From: a virus
Lineage: Duplodnaviria; Heunggongvirae; Uroviricota; Caudoviricetes
DNA length: 54,182 nucleotides
Direction: 5' to 3' (one strand)
Virus record (IMG/VR): IMGVR_UViG_2585427735_000009
The position numbers and the translations under genes were made by a program. Shown here piece by piece: positions 37,519-46,656 of the stretch. The first letter of the stretch is position 1; each line of letters begins with the position of its first letter. Below the pieces are notes generated by a model. That model was not told the origin of the DNA and searched no databases. It worked only from the letters and a program-made list of their open reading frames with translations.

Positions 37519-40111
37519 TTGCATATTCCTTAGCCCAGCGGGGCAGTGATAATGTCTTAATAGCTGGCCATTCATCGGTATTCAGGCAGTCAGACAGGGT
37601 TCGCAGATTGCGGTGATATTCCTGTTGACCTGCCAGTTTTGCTTCTTCGCCCATCATGAAAATTTCAACCGGATAACGTCCGCATTCAATAGTTGTGCTG
37701 GCAACCAGAAAAACGAAAGTTGGCTGCACTCCAAACTGTGCTTCATAACCGTCACTGTAGAATGCATCCTGAACGTGATAGCGGTAGTCGTAATAAGCGG
37801 TTTTGAATCGTTGAATATCCGCCGTAGTTTTCACGTCCATGATCCAGTGAAATTCAGGGATAATTTTGTCCGGACGGCACCGACACAAAATTCCTGTTTC
37901 AGGATCTTCCCAGTAAATTGATGATTCAGCGTGTCCGGCGCTTTCAACAAGCCATTGCCCCAGCGGCAAAGCCATAACGCTTTGATACATGAGTTCAATT
38001 TTCCGGCCTTCTTCCGCAGTGATAACCGTTTTTCCTGTGCTTGCGCATTCCATCAGAAACGCTTTCTCTTCTTCTTTTCCGGCGTTTGTACGGCGGTTAA
38101 ATTCAGGTGCTACGATAAAGCGGTTACTGAATTCTTCCGGTTCAAGTACCCGGCAGTGGAAAGCAGTTCCTAAATCGAGCGTTTTTGTCTTTGTGGTGTC
38201 CACGGGGGCATTTTTACGCCACAAATATAGTGCCGGAGTATCAGCAATGTCATCGAGCTGAGACTTACTGATACCGGGACCCGCGTGGTAATTCTCATTC
38301 GAAATTCCGTAATAAATACCTGGCTCTATGTCTTCTACGATTACGGGATCTGCGACTTCGCCAGTTTCATCACTGCAATCGCGATGCGGATCGCTGCCAG
38401 CATTCTCATTGTGCGGATGTTCAGCGCCTTCCATTTCCTCCGGATCATTTTCCTTAGCTTCAACCTGACTCTCTTCAGCGAATGTTTCCTGGTATGTTGC
38501 GTCCCCCACCCCCGCCCCACAGTCAGGGCAGTTACCCCCGCCAGTCTGGCCGCAGGCATTGCAGGCTATTTCCGGTTCCTGTTGCACTACTGGCTCAGGT
38601 TGATTCATATCTGGGCTGGTTTTTTCCGTTTCTGGCTGGTTCTGGTACACACAATCGCGAGTCTGGATCCCCTTTACCCATTTCGGATCGTTCGGGTCGC
38701 TAATTCCGTCAACAAATTCACCACGTGATGCAGCAAGCAATTTATCGGCATCGACAGGATTTTTTGATGGAATGTTTTTCCGGGCTTCATGGAGTTCTGC
38801 CCGCAGTTCCTGATATTTCGCATCAACAGAATTTACCTGTGACTGAGCATCCAGCGGCTGCGTGTCCTGATGATGTTCAGTTGCGTCCGGTTCCATTGTT
38901 TCAGCCTCTCCCTGTTCAACTGCCGTTGTTCCAGATGGTTGCGGTTTTTCTTCATCATCCTGTTTTCCTTCTTCTGTTACTCGCTGCGGCATCGGGGCAG
39001 AGGAGCGACCGCAGGCAATATCCACGATTTCCGGATCAGGGTTGGCATGATCGGTTTCAGTCAGTACTTTGTTCAGATATTCAGTGACGTGCGCGGGGAT
39101 GACCTCGATCCCAATTGGTGCTTCTTTTACGGACGCAACCACGATGGCGCGGGAATAATCCAGCCCGCCAGGCATGGTGATGAATTTGTCGCGGAAAACA
39201 GAAAAGGGCGGTTTATTTTCAGCGATAATTTCCTCAATGCGTTTAGCGTGTGCCGGATGAAGGTTATAGATGTCCAGATCCATTGAACGGGCCAGTACGC
39301 CAGTGGCTACGTCGCGCGCCAGTGACGTCAGATCGTGTACGAAACTTTCGCCGCGATCGGTGAGGTTTCCGCCGCCAGCATTAGCACCGGAAGCCGTGCG
39401 AGTGATGTGTGAAACACGATTACCCTTCATCCACTCTTTTGTCAGCAGTCCTCGATCGGTGTAGTCAGCGTTCAGGTATGCTTCGAAAAAAGCAGTTATC
39501 AGTCCCAGGTTTGAATTACCAGGATTAGGGAAAACTTTGTCAGTGTCACGAACCAGTTTGTGGAGTTCGCGAATTTCCAGCGGGTCGAGCAGGCTGGTTT
39601 TGTGGGAAACAGCCAGGGCAGTAACAGCCGGTAGTTCTTCAGCCCGAGCAATGTGTAATGCCTGGAGTCCGTCGCGTGAAACGTGCGTTACCGGTTTTTC
39701 GCTGCCGTGTTGAGCAAGCCAACGAATGGGCAGTTCCTGGCCAGAAATTGGGAGTAGCATATTCTCCTCAATCTCAGTCATGTCTTCGCCGTTGACGTTG
39801 GTATTGCCTTGATAGTGAGCGTTGTCTGGTGCTGCTCCCGGTTTTAGTTCCCATGTCATGGAGTCTTTGCTGAGTTGATAGCGTTCACTCCAGGTAAAAT
39901 CGATCTCACCTTCAGCGGGCAGGTCATTAACGACAGGAAAATTCGTGGCAACAGCTTTAAAATAGCTGCTCAGTTTTTTACCTGACTTAACGATCAGGTA
40001 GTCCAGAGTGGCACAGGTCGATTCAAAATCGTTGCTTGCCCACAGGACGACGTCAGGTTCACCGGATGATTTTTTCGCTTTCCGTAACAGGAAGAGTGGT
40101 TTTGTGCTCAT
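37511..40111 (-). CDS. recE: Exodeoxyribonuclease VIII (RecE)
   Basis: 866-aa ORF; acidic central region and C-terminal nuclease domain; size as recalled for K-12 RecE. Confidence 0.92.
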   Translation of the reverse strand: MSTKPLFLLRKAKKSSGEPDVVLWASNDFESTCATLDYLIVKSGKKLSSYFKAVATNFPVVNDLPAEGEIDFTWSERYQLSKDSMTWELKPGAAPDNAHYQGNTNVNGEDMTEIEENMLLPISGQELPIRWLAQHGSEKPVTHVSRDGLQALHIARAEELPAVTALAVSHKTSLLDPLEIRELHKLVRDTDKVFPNPGNSNLGLITAFFEAYLNADYTDRGLLTKEWMKGNRVSHITRTASGANAGGGNLTDRGESFVHDLTSLARDVATGVLARSMDLDIYNLHPAHAKRIEEIIAENKPPFSVFRDKFITMPGGLDYSRAIVVASVKEAPIGIEVIPAHVTEYLNKVLTETDHANPDPEIVDIACGRSSAPMPQRVTEEGKQDDEEKPQPSGTTAVEQGEAETMEPDATEHHQDTQPLDAQSQVNSVDAKYQELRAELHEARKNIPSKNPVDADKLLAASRGEFVDGISDPNDPKWVKGIQTRDCVYQNQPETEKTSPDMNQPEPVVQQEPEIACNACGQTGGGNCPDCGAGVGDATYQETFAEESQVEAKENDPEEMEGAEHPHNENAGSDPHRDCSDETGEVADPVIVEDIEPGIYYGISNENYHAGPGISKSQLDDIADTPALYLWRKNAPVDTTKTKTLDLGTAFHCRVLEPEEFSNRFIVAPEFNRRTNAGKEEEKAFLMECASTGKTVITAEEGRKIELMYQSVMALPLGQWLVESAGHAESSIYWEDPETGILCRCRPDKIIPEFHWIMDVKTTADIQRFKTAYYDYRYHVQDAFYSDGYEAQFGVQPTFVFLVASTTIECGRYPVEIFMMGEEAKLAGQQEYHRNLRTLSDCLNTDEWPAIKTLSLPRWAKEYAND

Positions 40112-40182
40112 TGTTTTTTAACCTCAACTCAGATTAAAATTCGTTTTGTTCAGTGAATGATCTTGCCGGATACACACTGTTC

Positions 40183-40207
40183 ATAGCCTGCGCCATACGC
40201 AGGCTAT
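40183..40207. other. Perfect 10-bp stem hairpin between racC and recE
   Basis: ATAGCCTGCG-CCATA-CGCAGGCTAT followed by TTTCTTTCAGATTT on plus strand. Confidence 0.4.
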
Positions 40208-40212
40208 TTCTT

Positions 40213-40488
40213 TCAGATTTCACCTTTTAATTTCATTGCAATTAGAGTTGCCAGAAATTCGGCTTTTTTTTCTGCGGGCAGATTCTTTCCGATATGCACC
40301 AGGCACATTTTTTTGACACCTTCATCAAGTGTTTTTACGTTGCCTGATGGACCATCGATATCAACCACAGTGAATGGGGTTTCTTTATTTTCTGTTTTAA
40401 TTACGTAGCCAATGCGCTTTCCTTCCAGATTCACCTCGTGAACAATGTCATCGGTAGTTACAACAGTGGCTTCATAATTGGTAATCAT
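40213..40488 (-). CDS. racC: RacC protein
   Basis: ATG at 40488 with AAGGAGAAAA RBS (MITNYEATVVTTDDIVHEV...), 91 aa. Confidence 0.75.
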   Translation of the reverse strand: MITNYEATVVTTDDIVHEVNLEGKRIGYVIKTENKETPFTVVDIDGPSGNVKTLDEGVKKMCLVHIGKNLPAEKKAEFLATLIAMKLKGEI

Positions 40489-40562
40489 GTTTTTCTCCTT
40501 AATTAAGGTTGAGCGAATACCTGCCATTTCTGGCATAAATTCAGTTTCGAATAGTCAATTAA

Positions 40563-40733
40563 TTAAAGTTCATGTGCCATCTGGTCTTTTTCGGCACAAG
40601 CTTCACTGCAATATTTTCTCGGTTCGTCTTTTGATAAAATCCCGTGCATGAAGTGAAGCATTCTTTCAATAGCTTTGCTTTCTTCAACGTCTTTTTTGCA
40701 AAGGTGGTAAGCACATTTTATTTTCTTAGTCAT
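40563..40733 (-). CDS. ydaE: Small Rac protein YdaE-like (below ORF-track size cutoff)
   Basis: Hand translation: [56 protein letters not shown] (56 aa); start ATG overlaps kilR stop (TGATG). Confidence 0.55.
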   Translation of the reverse strand: MTKKIKCAYHLCKKDVEESKAIERMLHFMHGILSKDEPRKYCSEACAEKDQMAHEL

Positions 40734-40954
40734 CACCATGACTCCGCCTTTACAGGTAAACCATCACGACCGAGGAAGACTTTAATCATGCGGTCAGTAA
40801 TGCATGTTTTTGTGGTCAGGTTACGAATATATAGTTTTCGCTTTTTAATATTGTTTGCCGAGGCAATATATGTCCGGCCTTCATGAAGAACATAATCGCC
40901 AGGAGTCACACACTGACGTGGTATTTCATCAGTTCCGAAGTGATGTGCAATCAT
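40733..40954 (-). CDS. kilR: Killing protein KilR
   Basis: ATG at 40954: [73 protein letters not shown] (73 aa). Confidence 0.8.
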   Translation of the reverse strand: MIAHHFGTDEIPRQCVTPGDYVLHEGRTYIASANNIKKRKLYIRNLTTKTCITDRMIKVFLGRDGLPVKAESW

Positions 40955-41395
40955 AATTATCTCCATTTTTACAAATGAACTCTGTTGATGCGGTGCCTGG
41001 TGCCTCCAGGTGACTGCAACCAGTTAACAATTACAGTCGGCTTTCCCACCCAAACCAATAAGGACTAACATGACTTTTAACTGTGCCACGTGCGCTTAGC
41101 CGCATTCACCGCATCACAAAATTCACTTTAAAAAGGGCGGACATCAGCCGAACTTCAAGAAAAAAACTGATGCCGCCAGGACTACACACAGCAATGTCGT
41201 TATTTACAACCGGAGGCGCACTCCCACCATTTAAATTTAACAGACAAGACCGACTCTTTATGGATATCGGAAATGCGCCTTCGTGTTGTGCCCGGTTTTA
41301 TTTCACCACCTCCGGGCTTCGGTGGTCTCGGCTATACCCCTACAGCGAGAGCTTGTGTTAACATTTCAATACCCTTACAGTTGAGAGTTATTGAT

Positions 41396-41884
41396 ATGTT
41401 GGATGTATTTACTCCATTGTTGAAACTTTTTGCTAACGAGCCACTCGAAAGACTTATGTATACGATTATCATTTTTGGTCTCACTCTCTGGCTGATACCG
41501 AAAGAGTTTACTGTCGCATTCAATGCTTATACTGAAATACCTTGGCTCTTTCAGATTATCGTTTTTGCCTTTTCTTTCGTGGTCGCCATTTCCTTCTCAA
41601 GATTGCGAGCACATATTCAAAAGCATTATTCATTACTACCAGAGCAACGAGTATTGCTTCGTTTATCTGAGAAAGAAATCGCTGTATTTAAAGATTTCCT
41701 TAAAACAGGAAATCTTATTATCACTTCTCCTTGCCGTAACCCGGTTATGAAAAAATTAGAACGGAAGGGCATCATTCAACATCAGAGTGATAGCGCAAAC
41801 TGTTCTTATTATCTCGTCACCGAAAAATACTCCCATTTTATGAAGTTATTCTGGAACAGCAGGAGTAGACGTTTTAATCGTTAG
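41396..41884 (+). CDS. sieB: Superinfection exclusion protein B
   Basis: ATG at 41396 (MLDVFTPLLKLFANEPLERLMYTIIIFGLTLWLIPKEF...), two hydrophobic segments; 162 aa. Confidence 0.8.
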   Translation: MLDVFTPLLKLFANEPLERLMYTIIIFGLTLWLIPKEFTVAFNAYTEIPWLFQIIVFAFSFVVAISFSRLRAHIQKHYSLLPEQRVLLRLSEKEIAVFKDFLKTGNLIITSPCRNPVMKKLERKGIIQHQSDSANCSYYLVTEKYSHFMKLFWNSRSRRFNR

Positions 41885-42046
41885 CTTACTGTGTGCTTCT
41901 CCAACCATCGGCGCGCACCAGTTTCGGTTTTAAATGTTTTGCTTTTGGTATACGTCATGGCAGTGAACGTTCCATCCTGGTTGGGGAACACGCCGCACAC
42001 CAGGGATTCGTTGTTGCCGAGGTCGATTTTTTGCATTTTGCGAATC

Positions 42047-42181
42047 TCACATCTTGTAGCTACGTATAGCGACTTCTGCCTGCCAGAGATCCCAGTCGTT
42101 GCTGCGTAAAGCCTGCACAGCCTGGTTGTAAGTGATACCGCAACAATCCATCAAATACTGAACTACTTCGTAATGCACCAT
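42047..42181 (-). CDS. Small Rac protein (YdaF/YdaG-like, below ORF-track cutoff)
   Basis: Hand translation MVHYEVVQYLMDCCGITYNQAVQALRSNDWDLWQAEVAIRSYKM (44 aa), last gene of racR operon, convergent with sieB. Confidence 0.4.
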   Translation of the reverse strand: MVHYEVVQYLMDCCGITYNQAVQALRSNDWDLWQAEVAIRSYKM

Positions 42182-42213
42182 CTTATCTATCCCCTTAACG
42201 CCGGGTGGCGGAA

Positions 42214-42372
42214 CTAACTGCTGCACTGCAAAATTTGAATCCCGCCGTCATGTTCATACGCCTCGGGCTGGCTACTTAACCCCTGACCACTGCCTGGTAA
42301 CTCGAAGTATTGCCCGGCGTTCTGTGGGGCGGGGTGGATTGGTAGGTATATAATGTACTTTGTGTTCATCAT
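42214..42372 (-). CDS. Small Rac protein (YdaG/YdaF-like); start uncertain
   Basis: Frame of 72-aa ORF; plausible start MMNTKYIIYLPIHPAPQNAGQYFELPGSGQ...; weak RBS. Confidence 0.3.
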   Translation of the reverse strand: MMNTKYIIYLPIHPAPQNAGQYFELPGSGQGLSSQPEAYEHDGGIQILQCSS

Positions 42373-42468
42373 TGTAAAGTACTTTAAGTACATTTTATGT
42401 ATAAAAAAATGAGACGGGATAAAGTGAAGCACAAACCCGGAGGGGGACGCTACCGGATTTATGCTGGT

Positions 42469-42888
42469 TTAAGAGGCTTTTTGTTTTTTCTTTCGTGCTA
42501 ACTCTTCGTAAATTGCATTGTACTTCTGTTTTTTCTCCTCAAGAGTTTTTAAAAGTTCATCTGTCTCACTGTCAGGGAGCTCGTCCAGAAGGTCAATGAT
42601 GATTTTTTGTCTTGGATTTAACTCCTGATAGAAACGTATCTGTCCACTTTCTTCTGTATCCTCTCCCAAAAGATAGGTTGGTGTTGTTCCAATGAGTGTT
42701 GCTAATTCCCTTAATTTCTCTCGGCGAGGAATTGTTTCACCATTAAACCATTTGCTAACCGCTTTTGGTGTTAATTTCATTCGACGGGCAATTTCTGCCT
42801 GCCTTCCATGTTGTTCATAACCAGCGTTTTCACAGGCTAGCGCAAGCCTACTGGCGAACTCTTTACGCGCTTTATCTTCATGAACCAT
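42469..42888 (-). CDS. racR: XRE-family prophage repressor (RacR-like)
   Basis: 139 aa; HTH ..RQAEIARRMKLTPKAVSKWFNGETIPR..; divergent from ydaS-ydaT. Confidence 0.65.
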   Translation of the reverse strand: MVHEDKARKEFASRLALACENAGYEQHGRQAEIARRMKLTPKAVSKWFNGETIPRREKLRELATLIGTTPTYLLGEDTEESGQIRFYQELNPRQKIIIDLLDELPDSETDELLKTLEEKKQKYNAIYEELARKKKQKAS

Positions 42889-42967
42889 AAGTTCAATGAT
42901 ATTCGCTCTTGAATGTACTGTCAGTTCTGTTATAGCATGTACTCAAAGTTCACATTGTGAGGATGAT
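42889..42967. promoter_or_regulatory. Divergent racR / ydaS-ydaT promoter-operator region
   Basis: 79-bp intergenic region between divergently transcribed repressor and Cro-like gene. Confidence 0.45.
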
Positions 42968-43222
42968 ATGAACCAGAAAACACTTGAAGATGTAATCAAA
43001 ACTGTTCGCGTTTCTGTTGTGGCCGACGTTTGTGGTGTCAGCCAAAGAGCAATCTACAAATGGATGGATAACGGAAAATTGCCTCGCACAGAATATACCG
43101 GCGAAACAAATTACGCTGAAAAAATCGCTCATGCATCAAACGGATTATTTTCTGCCGATGCAATTTTAACTATTGGCAGAAATAAAACTACTACGAAAAA
43201 GCTGATGGGAGTTGATTCATGA
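42968..43222 (+). CDS. ydaS: Cro-like HTH protein YdaS
   Basis: ATG at 42968 (MNQKTLEDVIKTVRVSVVADVCGVSQRAIYKWMDNGKLP...). Confidence 0.7.
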   Translation: MNQKTLEDVIKTVRVSVVADVCGVSQRAIYKWMDNGKLPRTEYTGETNYAEKIAHASNGLFSADAILTIGRNKTTTKKLMGVDS

Positions 43223-43641
43223 AAATCAAGCATGAGCACATCGAATCAGTGTTGTTAGCCCTGGCAGCCGAAAAAGGGCAGGCGTGGGTCGCTAACGCAA
43301 TTACTGAAGAATATCTGCGCCAGGGGGGCGGCGAATTGCCCCTGGTACCAGGCAAGGACTGGAACAATCAGCAGAATATCTATCATCGTTGGTTGAAAGG
43401 TGAAACGAATGCGCAAAGGGAAAAAATTCAGAAACTGATCCCTGCGGTTCTGGCAATTCTTCCTCGCGAGCTGCGTCACCGACTCTGCATCTTCGATACC
43501 CTGGAACGCCGTGCATTACTGGCGGCACAGGATGCACTGAGTACGGCAATTGATGCGCATGATGATGCAGTCCAGGCCGTTTACCGTAAAGCACATTTCA
43601 GCGGCGGCGGTTCTCCTAGCGATTCTGTCGTAGTGCATTGA
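43219..43641 (+). CDS. ydaT: YdaT-like protein (cII-position regulator/toxin)
   Basis: 140-aa ORF overlapping ydaS stop by 4 nt. Confidence 0.7.
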   Translation: MKIKHEHIESVLLALAAEKGQAWVANAITEEYLRQGGGELPLVPGKDWNNQQNIYHRWLKGETNAQREKIQKLIPAVLAILPRELRHRLCIFDTLERRALLAAQDALSTAIDAHDDAVQAVYRKAHFSGGGSPSDSVVVH

Positions 43642-43686
43642 TTGAAATTAATCGTACCGAACTGTTTTGTTCGGTATCAGTTAAAT

Positions 43687-44104
43687 GTAACGCTGCGAGC
43701 GTTACAAGGTGAAAACAAATGGCTTCAAACTGGATAAAGCTCGAAGTTATTACGCCGGATAAGCCGGAAATATTCAGGCTTGCTGAGATTCTGAATATTG
43801 ATCCAGATGCCGCATTAGGGAAAGTCATTCGCTTCTGGGCATGGGCGGATCAACAAATGATAGACGGTAACGCAGAGTGTAACGCTCGAGGCGTTACAAA
43901 AAGTGCAATAGACCGTATCACTTTTATGGCTGGTTTTGCTGATGCGTTAATTCAGGTTGGATGGCTGGTCGAAAGTGATGGAGTGCTTTCACTACCAAAC
44001 TTTGAGCGTCATAACGGAAAAAGCTCGAAAAAACGGGCGGTTACAAACGAGAGAGTTACAAAAATACGCGAACTGAAGCGAAAAGGTAACGCTGCCAGCG
44101 TTAC
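43687..44104. repeat. Three perfect palindromes GTAACGC-N5-GCGTTAC plus GTTACAAA half-sites (putative iterons/origin)
   Basis: Palindromes at 43687..43705, 43879..43897, 44086..44104; extra half-sites near 43867, 44039 and 44054; one upstream of and two inside the ydaU reading frame. Confidence 0.55.
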
Positions 44105-44507
44105 ACAAACGGATCAAAAAGCGTTACCAGAGGAAGAGGAAGAGGAAGATATAAATACTGATCTCCCCCTAAATCCCCCTCGGCAAAAACGAGCGTCTAA
44201 ACAATTCGAGCCGGAGGCCATTGCTCTGCCCGACTGGTTGCCAGAAACACTCTGGAATGAGTGGGTCCAGTTCAGGCAGGCATTGCGAAAACCGATTCGA
44301 ACGGAGCAGGGCGCTAACGGGGCGATACGGGAACTGGAAAAATTCCGCCAGCAGGGTTTTACCCCTGAGCAGGTGATTCGACACAGCATCGCCAATGAAT
44401 ACCAGGGCTTGTTCGCGCCGAAAAGTGTTCGGCCTGAGACGTTGCTCCGACAGGTTAACACTGTCTCGTTTCCGGACAGTGCGATCCCGCCAGGCTTCAG
44501 GGGGTAA
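43719..44507 (+). CDS. ydaU: Replication initiation protein (lambda O-position, YdaU-like)
   Basis: 262-aa ORF directly upstream of DnaC-like gene; acidic linker (EEEEEEDINTD); contains iteron-like palindromes. Confidence 0.7.
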   Translation: MASNWIKLEVITPDKPEIFRLAEILNIDPDAALGKVIRFWAWADQQMIDGNAECNARGVTKSAIDRITFMAGFADALIQVGWLVESDGVLSLPNFERHNGKSSKKRAVTNERVTKIRELKRKGNAASVTQTDQKALPEEEEEEDINTDLPLNPPRQKRASKQFEPEAIALPDWLPETLWNEWVQFRQALRKPIRTEQGANGAIRELEKFRQQGFTPEQVIRHSIANEYQGLFAPKSVRPETLLRQVNTVSFPDSAIPPGFRG

Positions 44508-44513
44508 CTGACC

Positions 44514-45260
44514 ATGAAAAATATTGCGACAGGCGGCGTTCTGGAACGTATCCGCAGACTGGCCCCGCCACATGTAACCGCGCCATTCAGGACGGTGGCG
44601 GAGTGGCGCGAGTGGCAACTTGCAGAAGGCCAGAAACGTTGCGAGGAGATCAATCGCCAGAATCGTCAGTTGCGGGTGGAAAAAATTCTGAATCGCTCCG
44701 GCATCCAGCCGTTGCACCGCAAATGCTCGTTTTCGAATTACCAGGTGCAGAACGACGGCCAGCGATACGCGTTGAGCCAGGCGAAATCCATCGCCGATGA
44801 ACTGATGGTCGGGTGTACAAATTTTGCGTTTAGCGGAAAACCTGGTACCGGAAAAAACCATCTGGCGGCGGCTATCGGGAATCGCCTGCTGAAAAACGGT
44901 CAGACAGTGATTGTGGTTACCGTGGCTGATGTTATGAGTGCTCTACACGCCAGCTATGACGACGGGCAATCAGGCGAAAAATTTTTGCGGGAACTGTGCG
45001 AAGTGGATCTGCTGGTTCTTGATGAAATTGGCATTCAGCGCGAGACAAAAAACGAGCAGGTGGTACTGCACCAGATTGTTGATCGCCGGACAGCGTCGAT
45101 CCGCAGCGTGGGGATGCTGACAAACCTGAACTATGAGGCCATGAAAACATTGCTCGGCGAGAGGATTATGGATCGGATGACCATGAACGGCGGGCGATGG
45201 GTGAATTTTAACTGGGAGAGCTGGCGCCCGAATGTTGGTCAGCCAGGAATTGAGAAGTAA
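44514..45260 (+). CDS. ydaV: DnaC-like helicase loader (IstB-like AAA+ ATPase)
   Basis: 248 aa; Walker A GKPGTGKNHLAAAIG, Walker B LLVLDEIG. Confidence 0.85.
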   Translation: MKNIATGGVLERIRRLAPPHVTAPFRTVAEWREWQLAEGQKRCEEINRQNRQLRVEKILNRSGIQPLHRKCSFSNYQVQNDGQRYALSQAKSIADELMVGCTNFAFSGKPGTGKNHLAAAIGNRLLKNGQTVIVVTVADVMSALHASYDDGQSGEKFLRELCEVDLLVLDEIGIQRETKNEQVVLHQIVDRRTASIRSVGMLTNLNYEAMKTLLGERIMDRMTMNGGRWVNFNWESWRPNVGQPGIEK

Positions 45261-45282
45261 TTTTTACCGGGAGGAAATTTTA

Positions 45283-46008
45283 ATGGAGACCGTTTTTGAC
45301 GCACTGAAAGCAATGGGAAAAGCCTCTTCCCAGGAAGTGGCAGCACGTCTGGGAATGACCCGGGATGAGGCGATTAACGAGCTGTGGAAACTGAAGCGTC
45401 GTGGGGAAGCTGATAACAAGGGCCCGATGTGGTGGTTGACTCAAACCGACGAAAACGCATCTGTAGCACAGGCTTCTAAAGTGACAGCGCAAATGCTGAT
45501 CGAGGCGATTGAACAGCATGGCCCTAAAGCGGCTGATGAACTTGCACTGATATTCAGAATTACTTCCCGCAGGGTGAACTCATCGCTGGCTATGGCCATC
45601 AGCAAAGGTCGTCTGATTCGCGTAAATCAGAACGGTAAATTTCGTTACTGCCTGCCGGACGGTAATTTACCAGCAGAGCCGAAAGTTGTATCGGTAGTGA
45701 AAACACCTGGTAAAGGCTTTCCTCAGCCAGCCGGTGTTGCGTTACCAGTACAGGAAGCGGCAACACAGGAAGAAATTAAAACAGATACTGTGGGGGACAT
45801 TGTGCAGTCACTACCATCGTTCACTGAAACGCGAGCCAATGACCTGATTATACCATCGCTGCAAATGGCAAACCGCGAACTGCGCCGGGCGAAAAGTTAT
45901 GTCCAGAAGTGGGAGCGAGTCTGCGCCGCGCTGCGTGAGCTGAACAAGCACCAGGATATTGTCCGTCAGATTGTCGATTCCTCCAGTCGTATTGTGTCGG
46001 AAAAGTGA
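45283..46008 (+). CDS. Hypothetical winged-helix protein (YdaW position)
   Basis: ATG at 45283 with GGGAGGAAA RBS (METVFDALKAMGKASSQEVAARLGMTRDEAINELWKLKRRG...). Confidence 0.45.
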   Translation: METVFDALKAMGKASSQEVAARLGMTRDEAINELWKLKRRGEADNKGPMWWLTQTDENASVAQASKVTAQMLIEAIEQHGPKAADELALIFRITSRRVNSSLAMAISKGRLIRVNQNGKFRYCLPDGNLPAEPKVVSVVKTPGKGFPQPAGVALPVQEAATQEEIKTDTVGDIVQSLPSFTETRANDLIIPSLQMANRELRRAKSYVQKWERVCAALRELNKHQDIVRQIVDSSSRIVSEK

Positions 46009-46024
46009 TTCCTGGGGAGGGCTT

Positions 46025-46447
46025 ATGGCAAAAGTATTTACACAGGAAGAGCGAGAAAAAATTAAAGGGCAGATTGTTGATCTTGTACGCCAGAGCGGGC
46101 GAGAGACGTTACGACAACTGGAAGCTAAAACGGGGGCGACAAGATATCTGATAAGCGCTCTTGCTAGGGAGTTGGTTGCGAATGGTGATGTATACAACTC
46201 TGGCTATGGGTTATTTCCGTCTGAGCAGGCACGTCAAGACTGGCAAAACGCCCGCAAAAAACTATCGAGGGCAAAGGTGAAGAAACCAGTTGTGGTTGAT
46301 CTGGACCTTATTTGGTCATTACCAGACGGAGAAATACGTCGCTACGACAGGCGTCTGAACATAATTTGCCGTGAGTGCCGGAAGAGTGAAGTTATGCAGC
46401 GTGTATTAGCATTCTATCAGGGAAATGTTCGGTATTTATTGAAGTGA
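46025..46447 (+). CDS. Hypothetical protein with N-terminal wHTH-like region
   Basis: ATG at 46025 with GGGGAGGG RBS (MAKVFTQEEREKIKGQIVDLVRQSGRETLRQLEAKTGATRYL...). Confidence 0.45.
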   Translation: MAKVFTQEEREKIKGQIVDLVRQSGRETLRQLEAKTGATRYLISALARELVANGDVYNSGYGLFPSEQARQDWQNARKKLSRAKVKKPVVVDLDLIWSLPDGEIRRYDRRLNIICRECRKSEVMQRVLAFYQGNVRYLLK

Positions 46448-46656
46448 CGAGATTAAAGACCATTAATTCATATGTGAATTGACAGTTTCATGGCACAGGA
46501 TACGGCTAGCGTGGTTGTCTGTTTTGTGCCAGGGGCGGGCCTAACTAAGTTCACACAACATTGATTATTGAAGATTAGGTCAGAAATAAATAGGTTATTT
46601 TGATAATTTAGTTACGTTAGAATGCCGCAGTGTACAAAGTAAAAATGAGGAATAAT

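Noticed and set aside
41083-41361. 92-aa plus-strand ORF between kilR and sieB
   Set aside because: Starts at a non-ATG codon, no RBS, low-complexity translation; region more likely regulatory.
41891-42109. 72-aa plus-strand ORF after sieB
   Set aside because: Antisense to the small 44-aa minus-strand gene that completes the racR operon; no RBS.
44114-44861. Long minus-strand ORFs (179 and 230 aa) across ydaU/ydaV
   Set aside because: Antisense to two well-supported replication genes; Arg/Ser-rich spurious-looking translations.
46560-46656. Possible sigma70 promoter (TTGATA ... TAGAAT) upstream of dGTPase
   Set aside because: Spacer length between the candidate -35 and -10 does not fit well when counted by eye; not annotated as a feature.
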